The notes under the pieces are model-generated. The model saw only the letters and a program-made list of their open reading frames with translations, was not told the origin of the DNA and made no database searches. A program made the position numbers and the translations under genes. A DNA stretch of 64,000 nucleotides from Octopus vulgaris (Eukaryota), in the NCBI GenBank assembly GCA_951406725.2, contig OX597830.1:41044001-41108000 (forward strand), in the 5' to 3' direction. Below are positions 38,330 to 51,871 of the stretch, one piece after another. How positions within the stretch are numbered: the first letter of the stretch is position 1; every line of letters begins with the position of its first letter.

Positions 38330-38740
38330 ATGTGACTCACGGTACCCCATGACTTCTGCATAGGCTATTTTACTTAAGCCTTTCACTCTTTGCTGTTCTC
38401 GATTCTGGGTTGTTGTTTTTTTCTGCTTCTCTCCAATTAGATCCCTGCTTTTTCAGCTCTGCCTTTCCCTGAGGGAAGGTCTTCCTCTCCTAGGTTTTGT
38501 AGGCTTTGAATTGTCATTGATGCTTCTGGAATTTTTCATTTTTCTAGGTAGGAATGTTGGCCCTATGCAAACCCACTTTGACCTCTGGAAAGAGATGGTT
38601 CATATTAGTCTGACTTCTGTCCTTTGACCTGTCCAACATAGGAGGCCCTACTAGGAGCATGTGCACCACTAGCTTGTTTCTCCATGTCATTGAAGCACGG
38701 AGTCCAACACACCACAACAAGAACTGAATCTTGTGATGGA
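38330..38740 (-). mobile_element. Possible RTE-clade LINE 5' region relic
   Basis: Motifs CCTTTGACCTGTCCAACATAGGAGGCCCTACTAGGAGC and CGGTACCCCATGACTTC resemble RTE 5' UTR complements, from recall only. Confidence 0.35.
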
Positions 38741-39284
38741 TTGGCTAGTTTCAGGTGATTCTAATTAACTTCTTGGGTCTTCATCAATACTCTCTCTTTG
38801 AATGTCTTTTGATAATTAATACAATAGAAAATATGTGAATTCTATGCATCTTTTTCCTTATAATTCCTTAATTTTAAATTCAAATTTCTAATCCCACCAA
38901 ATATTATGGAGAATTGATTATCTCCCTTGTAACAATTGTACTCACTGTGTGAAGTTACATGCTAATATTTTGCTTTACATGGAGTTGGGTGTATTTGTTG
39001 ATTTTGGTGTTGCCACCACTGTGCCAAACACCTTTCTGCTACCCCAATACAAAATTTTTTAAAAATTCTTTTCATTTTTATCTAAATAAACCAGAGAAAG
39101 TATTGAAAGCAGGTTTCATTCCTCTTTTTGTAATGATTCTCTATGATACTACACATACACAACCAACGAGCTTTTGAAAAATAAATGAACATAATATAAT
39201 CCAATAACAGGAGCACAAGTAAAATATGTATTGGCAGGACCCATGCTTAATAATAATAATAATAATAATAATAGTAATAATGAT

Positions 39285-39625
39285 ATAGACTGCTAAAAGA
39301 CAAAATTGCAAGAATGTTGACTATGAGGAGAATGTCTGTCAGTAGTTGTAGGGGTGTTTGGAGCACTAACAACTAAGTTCGAGAAATACTTCAGAGAATT
39401 GACATGGGAGCAGAGCAAGCCCCCAAAACTGCACTGCTGGGGACAGCTAGGATTTTGGGATTGGTACTTGGATGTTGAATGTCTCCCATGATAATTAACA
39501 ACCAAGTATGAAAGCTTATAATGTGCAGAAAGAGACCCTGTGAGACCTCTGACAGCAGGCTGCTGTCTGCTCTCACAGAATCAACCAGAACAAACCAAGT
39601 GATCTAAAAAGTAAAACAATAATAA
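39285..39625 (+). mobile_element. R4/Dong-type non-LTR retrotransposon 3' relic
   Basis: Translation VVVGVFGALTTKFEKYFRE...KTALLGTARILGLVLGC*, followed by a short 3' UTR and AAT repeats; flanked on the 5' side by (AAT)n. Confidence 0.65.
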
Positions 39626-39634
39626 TAACAATAA

Positions 39635-40015
39635 TTCTTTCTATTATTGGCATAAAGTCTGGAGAGAGAGGGTTGACCAATAGCATCAACCCAGGCATAC
39701 AAATGGTACTTATTTCATTGACCCTTAAAGGATGAGGAGCAGAGTTGGCTCCAGTGGTATTTGAACTCAGAATATAACACTGGAAGAAATGCTACAATAA
39801 TAGTCTTTTTCTATGATAGGCACAAATCGTGAAATTTTTAGGGGAAGGGTCAAGTCTATTGCATTGATCCCAATGCTCACTTGTACTTACTTCTCTGACT
39901 CCCAAAAGGACAAAGGCAAAGCTGATCTCAGCAGAATTTGAACCCAGAGCATAAAGATGAATGATATGATGCTATGCATCTTGTCTGGCATGCTAACACT
40001 TCTGCCAGCGTACCA
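39635..40015 (-). mobile_element. Two degenerate tandem SINE family A copies
   Basis: TTTGAAC(T/C)CAGA B-box complement and AAAGGA...AAAG core occur twice. Confidence 0.65.
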
Positions 40016-40017
40016 CA

Positions 40018-40094
<77 letters not shown>

Positions 40095-40157
40095 CACACA
40101 CACTATAATAATAATAATAATAATAATTTATGATTGATAATGGTAATATCATCATCA

Positions 40158-40206
<49 letters not shown>

Positions 40207-40223
40207 CATCATCATCATTATTA

Positions 40224-40745
40224 TTGAGTGAGAGAGCAGCACATGCCATCAAAGTGATATTGGGGTAAAATATACGAAGCCCAGTATACCCATCATGACT
40301 ATCTGTCTAAGGTTACACTAGGCACATGCATCAAAACCATATGTGCACGACACGGTGGTCTCATATAAAAATAAACAGCACATGACTTTGCAGGCGGGGC
40401 CCAGTTAGAATTTTCTTCAGGTTGAGTTGCTCATCCTGCTCAAAAGGACGATGAACAAAACATCTATATTTTCAGAGGTGAATTATTCAAACCCCAAAGA
40501 ATTCCTCTCAACAGATATGGCTATGACACTCCCCCCACTACTTCTGCTCATGGTCAGAGATGCACATATTGTCAGCCACCAAGGGAAATGCTCAAATAGT
40601 TAAGGTCAAGCAACTGACAAGCAAATCTATGGTATTAAGAATATTTTCTGTAGCCCAAATTTTTATACCAAGACAAAATAATGTACATGATAACACTTCC
40701 AATCAGTTAAGATCAGAAGCCATGAGTGCCTGGTATTGCATCCAA
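40224..40745 (-). mobile_element. Interspersed repeat family E
   Basis: Reverse complement of 13153-13634, extending further at the far end. Confidence 0.75.
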
Positions 40746-40839
40746 TTATAATAATTTCCTTTATTGATGCAAAGCCAGAAAGTTGCAAGGATACAATTGC
40801 AGTTGAGTTGACCTCATTAATGTCTGGTACTTATCTTAA

Positions 40840-41059
40840 CCCTTTCGTTACCAACCCGGCTGAAACCGGCTCTGGCTCTGAGTACAAATGTCTTGTTTTC
40901 ATAAGTTTTGAATTAAAATCTTCCACCAAACCTTAGTCACAATTTATGTTCCTAACACCAGCTTAATGAAAACTAAGTTATTTTACTAAATTCTTTGTTA
41001 TATTTAAAGTAATTGAAAGAAACACAGAGCATCACAAAATAAATACAGTAATGAAAGGG
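40840..41059. mobile_element. piggyBac-type MITE (220 bp)
   Basis: TTAA at 40836-40839 and 41060-41063; TIRs CCCTTTCGTTAC / GTAATGAAAGGG. Confidence 0.85.
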
Positions 41060-41064
41060 TTAAA

Positions 41065-41264
41065 CTGCTAGAAATAAGAGCTAATTCTCCCTCAGACCAT
41101 ATTGTATTTTCTTCAAAAAAAACAAAACAAGAGCTATATTGGATAATCTGATCATATTTGTGCAATTCTCAAGATATTGAGAAGTGGGATGGTCATGACT
41201 GGAATACCTTTGATTATAGGGGTGTTTTTGCTCAGGGGATAACCTGGAGCTAAACAACAACAAC
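41065..41264 (+). mobile_element. Old repeat family G ((AAC)n-ended, SINE-tail-like)
   Basis: GCTAGAAATA...GGGATGGTCATGACTGGAATACCTTTGAT...ACCTGGAGCTAAACAACAAC. Related copies at ~1240-1440 (+), ~2725-2905 (-) and ~42400-42675 (-). Confidence 0.55.
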
Positions 41265-41405
41265 ATACTATTAAGAAGATTATAAATTTTATCCAGGTAC
41301 TGCATGATCAGGTAAAGGAGCCAAAGAGCCTTTCTTTTCTTTCCTTTTTTTTTTGTATTCAAGATGGTAATATGAAATGGAAAGGAATAATCATAACTGC
41401 TTCTT

Positions 41406-41462
<57 letters not shown>

Positions 41463-41759
41463 GTGATGATAATGATAATAGTAATAATAATAATAGTAAT
41501 AATAGGTTTGGATTTCTTCTCGAATATCTTAATCATAACTGCAAATGTGCTAATAAATTTTGCCATCAGCAAGAAAGTGGAATGGCTATAGAAAGTATTG
41601 CAACATGGTGGGTTAGAGAGAGAGAGATGGAGAAAGAGAGAGTGGGGGTTGATGCCATTTGTCCATTTTGAGAGTATGTTTGAGAAATATAATGACTTTC
41701 TGGAACATACAGATGAAAAATAATTAATGGGGCTAGCATAGCCTATGATAATAACTAAG

Positions 41760-41804
<45 letters not shown>

Positions 41805-42019
41805 TAATAGTAATAAGAGTAATAATAATGATAATAGTAAATAATAATAATGATGATGATGATGGTTGTAATGATGTTGGTGGTGATGATGGAGGTGGGG
41901 GGCAGTAATAGTAATAATTACAAGTGTAGCAAGCAACGAGAATTCTGAATAATGGTAAGGTTCTCTATAAATGAAAATCTTGGCACCAGCAGATATTACA
42001 AAAACTATAAATGAACAAA

Positions 42020-42066
<47 letters not shown>

Positions 42067-43087
42067 CAGACAAATAAAATAAAGAGAGAGAGAAAGAAAG
42101 AAGCAAAAAAAATATCTAAAAAGAAAAAAAAATCTGGGGAAATGAAATCTTACAGTTAATCTATGAACTGTGAAACTAAATATTATTAAAAGAAAAAAAA
42201 ATTCACATGTGATAGCAGAGCCCTTTCGTTAAAGCCTTAATGTTTTAGCTTTAAATTTTGGTAAATGGATGGAAATTTGATAGAAAAAAAGAGAGAAAAG
42301 ACTGGTAGAAATGTTGAGGAAAGACATGGGCAATTGAATTAAAGAATATGATAATGATGTTAGTGATGATGTCGATGATGCTGGCAAAGGTGATGAGAAA
42401 AATTATTGCTCCAGGTTGGCCCTGCCCTCCTCTCACTTGATCCAGTAAATTTATGATCAAAGGCAATCTAGCCAGGATTGCTGCCTTTTTATTTCTATTT
42501 TGTTACTGCTTTTTTTTATTTGCTGTTTTTATTTTAGGTTTATCTAGGATTACATTATCTAATGTGTCCTTCTTTATTTTATTTTAAGATGGTTGGGTGG
42601 TGAGATTTGAGTGAGATTTGGCTACTGTTTCTAGCAAGTTGAGTGACCCATGTAAAGTTGAGGTTTCCTCAATGGCTTTGGTAATTTTTATTGGTCTGAC
42701 TGATGACAACAATGATGACAGTAATAATGACACCACTGTAGTGGTGGTGATCATGGTGGCAATTGCAATGGTGGTAGTGGTAGAGGAGGTGATAGCAGTG
42801 GTGGTAGCAGTTGCAGTGGTGGTAGTAGTGGTTGTAAAAATAGTAACCAAAGGGCAATTTTAAAATTGCTGAGACCCCCCTTCGATCATGAATGACCATG
42901 GGATTGCACCTAGACAGTTACCCTCCGTGGCACAGGTCTGGGCAAGGTTGTTTATGGAAGACCAGCCGTCACCCATGCATACCGGCCTCTCCTCTCCACG
43001 CCACCAGTGTTATCCAAGGGAAAGGCAAAGCAATAAAAAGCTGTTATTGTTTCATTTGGTGTCTCTCACAGCTCTAAATTTACATTC

Positions 43088-43241
43088 AGAGAAGTGGCTG
43101 TGTGGTAAATAGCTTGCTTCCCAGCCATATGATTCTGGGTTCAGTCCCACTGTGTGGCACCTTGGGCAAGTGCCTTCTACTTTAGCCTCAGGCTGACCAA
43201 AGCTTTGTGAATGGATTTGGTAGGTGGAAACTGAAAGAAAC

Positions 43242-43285
<44 letters not shown>

Positions 43286-43487
43286 TGTGTGTCTGTGTTA
43301 GTACCCCCACCATCGCTTGACAACCGATGTTGATGTGTCTACATCCCAGTAACTTAGCAGTTCAGCAAAATGGACCGACAGAATAAGTACTATGCTTACA
43401 AAGAATAAGTTCTGGGGTCAGTTTGTCGGACTAAATGCGGTGCTCCAGCATGGCCACAGTCAAATGACTGAAACAAATAAAAGAGTA
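43088..43487 (+). mobile_element. tRNA-derived SINE family C, full length, with internal (TA)n
   Basis: A-box GTGGCTGTGTGGTAA, B-box GGGTTCAGTCCC, CORE-like GGCACCTTGGGCAAGTG, and 3' part ending CAAATGACTGAAACAAATAAAAGAG. Confidence 0.85.
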
Positions 43488-43823
43488 AATAAAATAAATA
43501 TTGGAAACACTTGCACTATTCGTGGTAAGCGTCATTTAGGATAACCATTATTTAAATACAACATGAATATAACAGCATGTGTATGTTTTAAATAGCTATC
43601 ATATACACCACTTAAATATAGCACGAATAGAGCAACATGTGTGTGTGTGTGTGTTTTAAATAGCTAACAGAACTCCTCCCATGATGCAGTTGTCTCTGTT
43701 TCAGCATTTGACCTCTGCTCGAATCCCTCGTTAAAACCAAGTACAACACTGAAATAATAAATAAATGATTTCTTAGAAAACATGACGCAGATGGTATACA
43801 TACATATATAGATATAGGTGCAG

Positions 43824-44082
43824 ATGTGGCTATATAGCTTAGAAGTTTGCTTGCCAGCCACGTGTGTTTCTGTGCGTGTGCGTGTGTGTTGCCCCACTAT
43901 CCCTGACTCAACGAATGGTGTTGGTTTGTTTATGTCCTTGTGACCTAGCAGTTTTTGCAAAAGAGATTGATAGAATAAGTATCACACTAAAAAAATAATA
44001 AATGCCAGGATTGATTTGTTTGACAAAACTCTTCAAAATGGTGCCACAGCATGGCTGTAACCTAATGATTGAAAGCAATAAA
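43824..44082 (+). mobile_element. SINE family C with internal deletion
   Basis: Head start joined directly to the 3' part, with the core missing. Confidence 0.65.
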
Positions 44083-44265
44083 ACATGCATACACACACAT
44101 ACATAACATGTGCATGAGTACATATGTGTGTGTGTGTGTGTGTGTGAATTTATGCTTGTGTATATATCTATATGTGTGCATGTATATACAGACGTGTTGG
44201 TAGTCCTTTGTGAAGGTGTGTGGATTAGCAGTAACAGTGTTGGGTGCATGATGTTAGGGCAGAGG

Positions 44266-44387
44266 AGTCATGTGTTTGATTCCTGAGCTGAACATGTTAG
44301 AGTCATGTGTTTCATTCCTGAGCTGAACATGTTAGAGTCATGTGTTTGACTCCTAGACTGAACATGTTAGAGTCATGTGTTTGATTT
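44266..44387. repeat. 35-bp minisatellite, ~3.5 copies
   Basis: AGTCATGTGTTTGATTCCTGAGCTGAACATGTTAG units start at 44266, 44301, 44336 and 44371. Confidence 0.9.
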
Positions 44388-45039
44388 CTCGACAAGGCCC
44401 TTCATTCCACATTCCTTCACTTAATTGACCTAAAAAACGAATACCAGTCTAGTATCTGTGCACACTTTCTCCTCCTTCCTTTCAGCTGCCATATTCTGGT
44501 TACTTCACTGACTCAAGGGCAGGAAAGCTGAGAGAGGTGACGATATGGACACTTAAAACAGTTAACAAAAGCTGGATACATGATACCTGGTCATACTTAC
44601 TTGCAAGTAACTGCTGCAGTTCTTGCTTTCTAAGTTTTTGATTTATGAGTTGATATATCCATGAGAATTCTGTGTGGGAAAAATTTAAAACAAAAACAAA
44701 AAAAATTAGTGTAATTAAAAAAAAATTTGCATGAAACTCAGTGTTGTCCAAAAACAGCATCTAAGAAAATGAATATGTTTGCCAGCTAAGCCAAAAATCA
44801 GTTTCTGCTAAGGAATTAGCAATTTCAAATTTTTTTTGCCTAGTGCCATTACACTCAGTTAACAAGTTCTCAATTTAATGAGTGATAATTGGAAATGAAT
44901 TAACTCATAAAGTTAAGGAGCACCTGTATGTAGAAAGATAAACATCTGTATGTCTTTAACTTATTTCAGTCATGGGACTGTGTCCCCTTGAAGGGTTTAG
45001 CCTAACAAATTGACTCCAGTGCTTTTTTTTCTTTTGTTA

Positions 45040-45303
45040 AGCTGGCCTCCGTGCCAGTGGCACGTAAAAAGCACCATCCGATTGTGGCCGTTGCCAGCCT
45101 CGTCTGGCACCTGTGCAGGTGGCACATAAAAAGCACCCACTACACTCTCGGAGTGGTTGGCGTTAGGAAGGGCATCCAGCTGTAGAAACACTGCCAGATC
45201 AGACTGGGCCTGGCGCAGCCTCCTGGCTTCCAGACCCCAGTTGAACCGTCCAACCCATGCTAGCATGGAAAACGGACGTTAGACGATGATGATGATGGTG
45301 ATG
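45040..45303 (+). mobile_element. Retroposon family D
   Basis: Two GTGGCAC(G/A)TAAAAAGCACC modules plus the 3' end. Confidence 0.8.
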
Positions 45304-45526
45304 AGTTACTTATTCTGTCAGGCTCTCTTGCCAAACCACTAAGTATAAAGTACCTGACAAGTACACACATAGATGTAATTGACTTACAACCATCTTTCAA
45401 ATTGTCTTGGGCTAAAATCAGATAAGATCATTGGTTTTTTATCTTTTACATTGTGTTTAACTTTGTTTTAAAGTACAATATCAAATTAAGGTCATCAACC
45501 TTGATTAATGTCCTTGTTTAAATATG

Positions 45527-45750
45527 TCATCATCATCATCATTATTTAACATCTGTTTTCCATGCTGGCATGGGTTAGACAGTTTGAGAGGAGCTGACAA
45601 GATGGAGGGCTGTACCAGGCCCCAGTTGTCAATTTTGGCATGATTTCTATGACTGGATGCCCTTGCTAATGCCAACAACTTTACAGAATGTATTGGGTGC
45701 TTAGTATGTGGCAGCAGCATAGGTGCCGTTTATGTGGCACCATCACCAGT
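45527..45750 (-). mobile_element. Degenerate retroposon family D
   Basis: (CAT)n, then TTTTCCATGCTGGCATGGGTT and CTGGATGCCCTT. Confidence 0.7.
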
Positions 45751-47558
45751 TTTTGTAATTATATATATATTAATTTCTTAGTTTTTTTTGTATGCTCTAC
45801 TTTCTAATGAAAGAGAAGGTAGTTGAAAACTTATATTGTTCATTGTTTATTTCACTTATTTTGGCAGTTAATGAAGGTTGCAGTAGGTGTTTGATTACAA
45901 GGGTAATGTCTAAAATCCAAGGAAATTGGTAATTGTTAGCAATAATTAATCTAATGAAGGCAATTAGAATTTTTGTTCCTCACACCAGTTTAACTTATTG
46001 ACAAACTCTTGTTTGCGGATCCACTTCATTTTACATCACCTACCATCTCAGAACTCTGGCTAATAAAAAGATAATTATTACCTTTATGCTCTGTATAGTT
46101 GCTTTTGTTTTTATCTAAAAATCTTTATATTTGGACATATTCTTCATCTCTTTAATTGATTAGTTCATTGGTCAATATGCGTTATTTCATATCCAGGTTT
46201 ATTTAGTTCTTTATATCTACATCAGATTGATTGGCTAATGTTTATCCATTGATGTTATTTGATTATTTCTCATTCATCTCCAAATAACACACATTGCTAA
46301 TTAATACTTGTTGAGACCGACCTAATTAATAAGGACGACATAGTGTTTCTTAGTAAAATACCACATTCTGCAGTTTGTCTTTGCAGATATTGGTTTTACA
46401 TTGTAATATATTGTACAATATTGATTAACCAGACGAACACTTCTTTCAAACTGTCATCAACGTCTTCACTTCTGTTGAGCTTACTCTCTTTTCATTCACA
46501 TTGCACCTGTAGCGTGTCTTTATCATCTCATCTCGTTTCTTTTAAGACGTAATAGATTATTTTCATTTTCCAGATCTCAAAGTAAAAATTTTAAATGCTC
46601 TAAAGAAAAATATCTTTCTTTTGCAGTCTACAATTCCCAGGAATGTTAAGATTGTATTCACAAGTTCTTGTTGTTTGTCTTTAGTTTTTTGAGTATTCTC
46701 ATACTTACTGTTGCAATGAGGACAGCTTTTGTTTTATGGGGTACTAACTACTCATAGAATGCAGTAATAAATAGTCAATGAAGTTGCTTGTATATAGTTA
46801 TATAAGCATTCAACACAATACCCACTTCCTTCAACAAGCTCTCTGTTATATCCAGAATGTAGAACACATGTTTTAAAGCTCACAACAACAGACCCTCCAG
46901 AATAAAGATGATGGTCACAAGTCGAAAGTTTAAATCGGCATTTTATTTAATAATCTACCTCTGTTTACTTAACTCACTCAAATGGAACAGACTGGGTTTA
47001 TCCAAACATTAAATAGATTTATATTCAACTCAATAACAATTCACTATACCCATTCACTACAAATTTGTGAACCTGTGCTAGTCTAGCAGTTCAGCATTTG
47101 ATTACGAAAAGAGAGAAAGAAAAAAAAATGGAAGTACAATAATTTCTGAGAATGACTTTATAGATTTCATCAAAATATCTCAAATGGAAGACAAACTAAA
47201 ATGAAATAAAAATGATTTGGTGACGGATCTCCATCATTCAATGTTAGGATTCGCAGTTCATTCAGTCGAATTATCTCTTCCTGAATTAATGCATGGGTGG
47301 CTGAATATTCCACAGACATGTGTACTTTTAATATGATATTCAGGCTGGATCTGCATAACACTGTTTCTCAAGACAATACCTTTTGAATTACAAGTACTGT
47401 CCACTTGATAGAGGCTTCCTTACAATTTCCATTACAAGATATTAGCCAACTCAAAATTATAGAAATGACATTTGTCCAAGATGTCATGCTGTGAGGCCAA
47501 ACCCAAGATCTGGTTGTGAAGCACGTTTCTTAAGCAATTTGACCATTCTTTGCCTTAA

Positions 47559-47790
47559 CCCTCCAGCATTCAGATTACTCTGCCAAATGTAATGTTCCTA
47601 TTTATCACTTTGCTTTGAATGAAGCATGCATTATTATCTTGTAACTTCAAGATTTTAATGATGTGATTGTCTGTTTTTACAATGACATTGTTATGTAGGT
47701 GTGAGAGGCTGGGTCTGACCTGTTTGAATATGAAACATGAAACAAGGTAGAAAGTTTTGGCTGGATTTGGACAGTTTAAATGCTAAAGAG
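47559..47790. mobile_element. piggyBac-type MITE, second family (232 bp)
   Basis: TTAA at 47555-47558 and 47791-47794; imperfect TIRs CCCTCCAGCATTCA / TAAATGCTAAAGAG. A 5' fragment of the same family lies at 35127-35207. Confidence 0.75.
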
Positions 47791-48094
47791 TTAAAGTGAT
47801 CTAACTACTAAATAATGTTCAACAGAAGAATTTGAAGATATTAATGGTAGTTTGCATTGACAAATTCAGTTGAATAAGGTTAGGAGAAAAACTTGAGTAA
47901 TGTAAATAGATGGTGATTTTATAGAAATTCTCTCTATAAAGAGTTTCAAGTAGTTATTTTACATTCCAGATTTGCCTTGGTTAAGTTTATTGTGATAAAA
48001 TAGTAACATGACAGCCTCTGCTAAGATTAATAGCTTCAACTATATTACTTGTGTATTTCTATGTCTCGTTTTATTTTATTTCATTTATTTTTGC

Positions 48095-48149
<55 letters not shown>

Positions 48150-48970
48150 GATATACATTTTTCCTTGAAGCATACACCTACACATAATCTCTTACACTCA
48201 TACACAGATGCATCATTCATGATGTATACTTACACACAGAGACAGTTATATATGCTGGTGTTATCACACACACACACACACAAACACCTAAATTCATATT
48301 CACAATGATATGCAAGCATATACACCGACAGATGTGCAGTGAGATTTCACACACACACTCAAAACACACACACACACACACACATGCGTAAAGACTCATA
48401 CACACAATGTCAATACAAAGTAATTTTGTGAATCATTTGCAGCCAATTGAAAAATCAAATATTTTTGTGCGTAAGTTATTTACTTGAGCTGACTTCTGAT
48501 AAACCATTTAAATTTGACCTTTTTCTATTAAGTAATACTCAGAAATTGCTTTACTTCTATATTTTTCTTTCTGTCTTTCTTTTCACATTTCTTTTAGATT
48601 TCTGTTTTAGAGTTCTGTTTTAATCAAATTGTCATTTGTTACATTGGCACAATATGTAGAGAATCGGTAGAGTCAGCAAATGGTATTGAACAGAATACAT
48701 GACTTCTATTTTATTAACAGTCAAAAACAGAAAAGTTGTTCTTGTAAGGGATTTATCTCGTGCCTTACCATGTTCTCCAAATTTCCATCTTCCTCTCAGA
48801 ACTTTCCGTAATAAAGTATTTTATCAAGCCCCTTCAGTTGTGTAGTGAAGAATCGACAATCAACTGAGCCAATCCTGGTTTGTTATTTGTACTTCTTTCA
48901 GAAATAAAATGGATGAATTGATAAATTAGTAGTCAAATAGATAAATAAAAACCAGCCAACAAGTCTGTAA

Positions 48971-49172
48971 CTCTTTGATACCAATCCTGTCTAAGACCAC
49001 CCCTAGTTCTGTGATAAATCGATCCAATTTAAAACCTTCCATCAAAATTTCATGTTAATTTATATTCTAAATCCCAGATTAATATTGATAGTTATATTAC
49101 TAATTTCTTTTATTTCAAAATTAATTGGAAAAAGAAGCCATATATTTCAACAGAATTATGGTAACAATAGGG
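48971..49172. mobile_element. Degenerate piggyBac-type MITE related to 40840-41059
   Basis: Ends GTAA-CTCTTTGATACCAA ... GGTAACAATAGGG-TTGA. Internal similarity includes AAAACCTTCCATCAAAA and AATTTATATTCTAAA. Confidence 0.6.
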
Positions 49173-50123
49173 TTGATCCAGATCTATGACAGGTATTTCA
49201 GAATATATCCTGAAAGTTTACTTTCTTAATTGCATTTATCTAGGTTCATTTATTATGAATGAATACAAGATCTAATGCAGATATCATCTGTGTTAAACTG
49301 GGTCCCACACTTCAGAAGGATATCTTTCTCCTATTGCCACACAACATCAACTAAGTCTCTGTCTGTCTGTCTGTCTGTCTCTCTCCTTTTCTTTAAAATG
49401 TGTGTGCATGTTTGCATTCTGAGTTCCAGTCCTTCCAGGGATTTCCTTTGCCCTTACTATTTAGCATCCATTCCATTGATCAAATGTGTTGACCCTAACA
49501 AGAATTGAACTTAGAAACAGGAGATAATGAACTTGATATTCAAATGAGCCAAGTTTGGTGTCATGATTTTCATTGTATACTTTTCCATTTTGTTCCACTT
49601 TTTCTCAAAGGCTTTTGTTAAAAGTACTTTTTGTAGAAGTTAACTTTTAAAATCTATGTTTCTTTGAAAAAAAACCCCAAATAAAATAGAAACACTATAC
49701 CAAGAAAAACAAAAGATTAATGTGAAAGCTACAATTTCAGTTTAATAGTTGAAAACTTTGCGGAGAAAAGTTACAATTAAATAGTTTGAACATTTGGTCT
49801 TAATTTATTCCTTGTATTTAAGTATCCAAGTTTGTTGTGAAGCAGAGAGAGTGGAACTAGCTATAAGTAATTCTCTAAACAAGATGCTTTCAATTGTAGA
49901 TCTGTTAGATTAGCTGTCTGTTCTGAGTTTAAATATTATTTGGCTTGATGATGATCAATTATATAACTACAAATAATATATTTGAATTAGTTTAATCCAC
50001 TTTATAGTGATCAGTACCTTACAGAAATTGGGTTTGTGTCTCATCAAAAAGGAAAATTGTATTTGAATTTCTCAAATGAACAGGGAAAGAAATGAATAAT
50101 CAAATTTGATAAAATAAGATTAA

Positions 50124-50253
50124 CCTTTAGCATGCTGAAGGCAAATCATGTCACTGTATGTGTTTTCTCCCCTCTCAATGCAACACAATGCACTTGCAGT
50201 CACAGAGGAGAAAATTCAAATGGTAACATGATTTGCCTTCAGCATGCTAAAGG
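50124..50253. mobile_element. TTAA-flanked foldback MITE
   Basis: Perfect 32-bp inverted repeat including TTAA (50120-50151 / 50226-50257), extending imperfectly inward. Ends CCTTTAGCAT resemble those of the 47559 family. Confidence 0.75.
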
Positions 50254-51179
50254 TTAAATATTTTGGAATAACACTTTGGTATGTCTTACTTAACATGGAT
50301 ATATTGTAGAAAGTCACAATACTGCAGTATTTGTCCTGAGAAAGCTTCTCGTATAGATCTGTAGTGCTAAAAAGCACAGAAATGTATCTGTACCAAATGA
50401 AAAGCATCCAGCATTGGTGGTGGGATTGCTGAATCTGGATTTCTGTGTCTTTGCACATCATCAGTAGCAGGTATTCATTATGAATCACATGCTGAAACAA
50501 ACTTAGCTTCCACTGATATAAAAAAACCCCAAAAAAACAAAAAACAGTGACTGACAAATCACTGGTTTTACAAATGACAGGCAAAATTTGTTGTTAATGA
50601 ACTAATATTGCTTCCATTGCTAATGATGAATTAAATATTTTAATTTCTAGGACAAGTAAACAAGCAAAAAAAAATATCAACACAAATAAACAAAATAGCT
50701 AAACTGAAAGTATTTTGTTTATTCTAATTGATTAAATATTCATACTTGAAAACAAATAGCTCTTCCATAACTGAAATACTCAACTCATCCTCTGCTTTCC
50801 TTTAGAACATTCTTTTTACATCTCCAGGTTATTACTGCCAACACTGATTTCTTATCTAATTTGAGAGTCATCTTCTGAGAGAAGGGTGTGTGTGTGTGTG
50901 TGTATGGTAAGATCAACAAAAAAAATTACTCCATCTGGTGAGATATAAATTTTATTTAATAAACACTATGTGTTTTTATGTGCTACTATTAGTTTCATGT
51001 GCTGAGAACATGCCAAACAGTGTTTTTTAACATGTCTGGTTTCTTAGTACAATCATCAGACACTATCCTCAGCCATGTGGGCAGTATCTGGTGATTGTGC
51101 TAGGATGCCAGACATGTTAAAAACAGCACATGAAACTACTGGTAGCACATAAAAACATAGATTGTGTTTATTAAATAAT

Positions 51180-51427
51180 ATGGCACGTAAAAAGCACCAT
51201 CCGTCTGTGGCCGTCTGCCAACTCCGTCTGGCACCTGTGCGGGTGGCACGTAAACAGCACCCACTACACTCACGGAGTGGTTGGCGTTAGGAAGGGCATC
51301 CAGCCATAGAAACACTGCCAGATCAGACTGGGCCTGAAGCAGCCTTCTGGCTTCACAGACCCCAGTTGAACCGTCCAACCCATGCTAGCATGGAAAGCGG
51401 ACGTTAAATGATGATGATGATGATGAT
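51180..51427 (+). mobile_element. Retroposon family D
   Basis: Close match to the 45040 and 58776 copies. Confidence 0.8.
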
Positions 51428-51871
51428 TTATCTTTCATCAGATAGAGTACTTTTTTTGTTGATTTTACCATCATGGAACATTACAATATATATATATATA
51501 AAGAATACACAATCACAGATCAGTGCAACATGGGTTTCAAAAGTAAGGCATCCATTGATTACATGTATATTACCTCATAATATGAAAACACTTGCTTCTT
51601 CAGGTATATGACTACCGGTTAGTAAAAACCACTCTTGTACTTATTTTATCAAACTGAGATAAGGATAAATAGAGTAGTCGAGAAAAGTAAAGCCATCTCT
51701 TGCAGCTTATAGATGAAAAATCTCAATGAGTTAAGTATTTAGCTTATTATTTTAATTATTTCTGCCAACCTCACCTTCCTTCAGTAATCAATAATATTCA
51801 GTAACATTAAAAGCAATGCACTGCTACAAATGGATGCAGATTCAGGATCAGTACCTCCACCTATATCTTTT

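Noticed and set aside
44266-44387. CRISPR-like appearance (also 62314-62540)
   Set aside because: Units are contiguous or separated by microsatellite rather than unique spacers; no cas genes; animal DNA.
46560-46690. Candidate acceptors for the next MBD exon (also ~31075, ~31908, ~44487, ~53111, ~59750)
   Set aside because: None gives the expected SPSG...CKCG continuation in phase 2.
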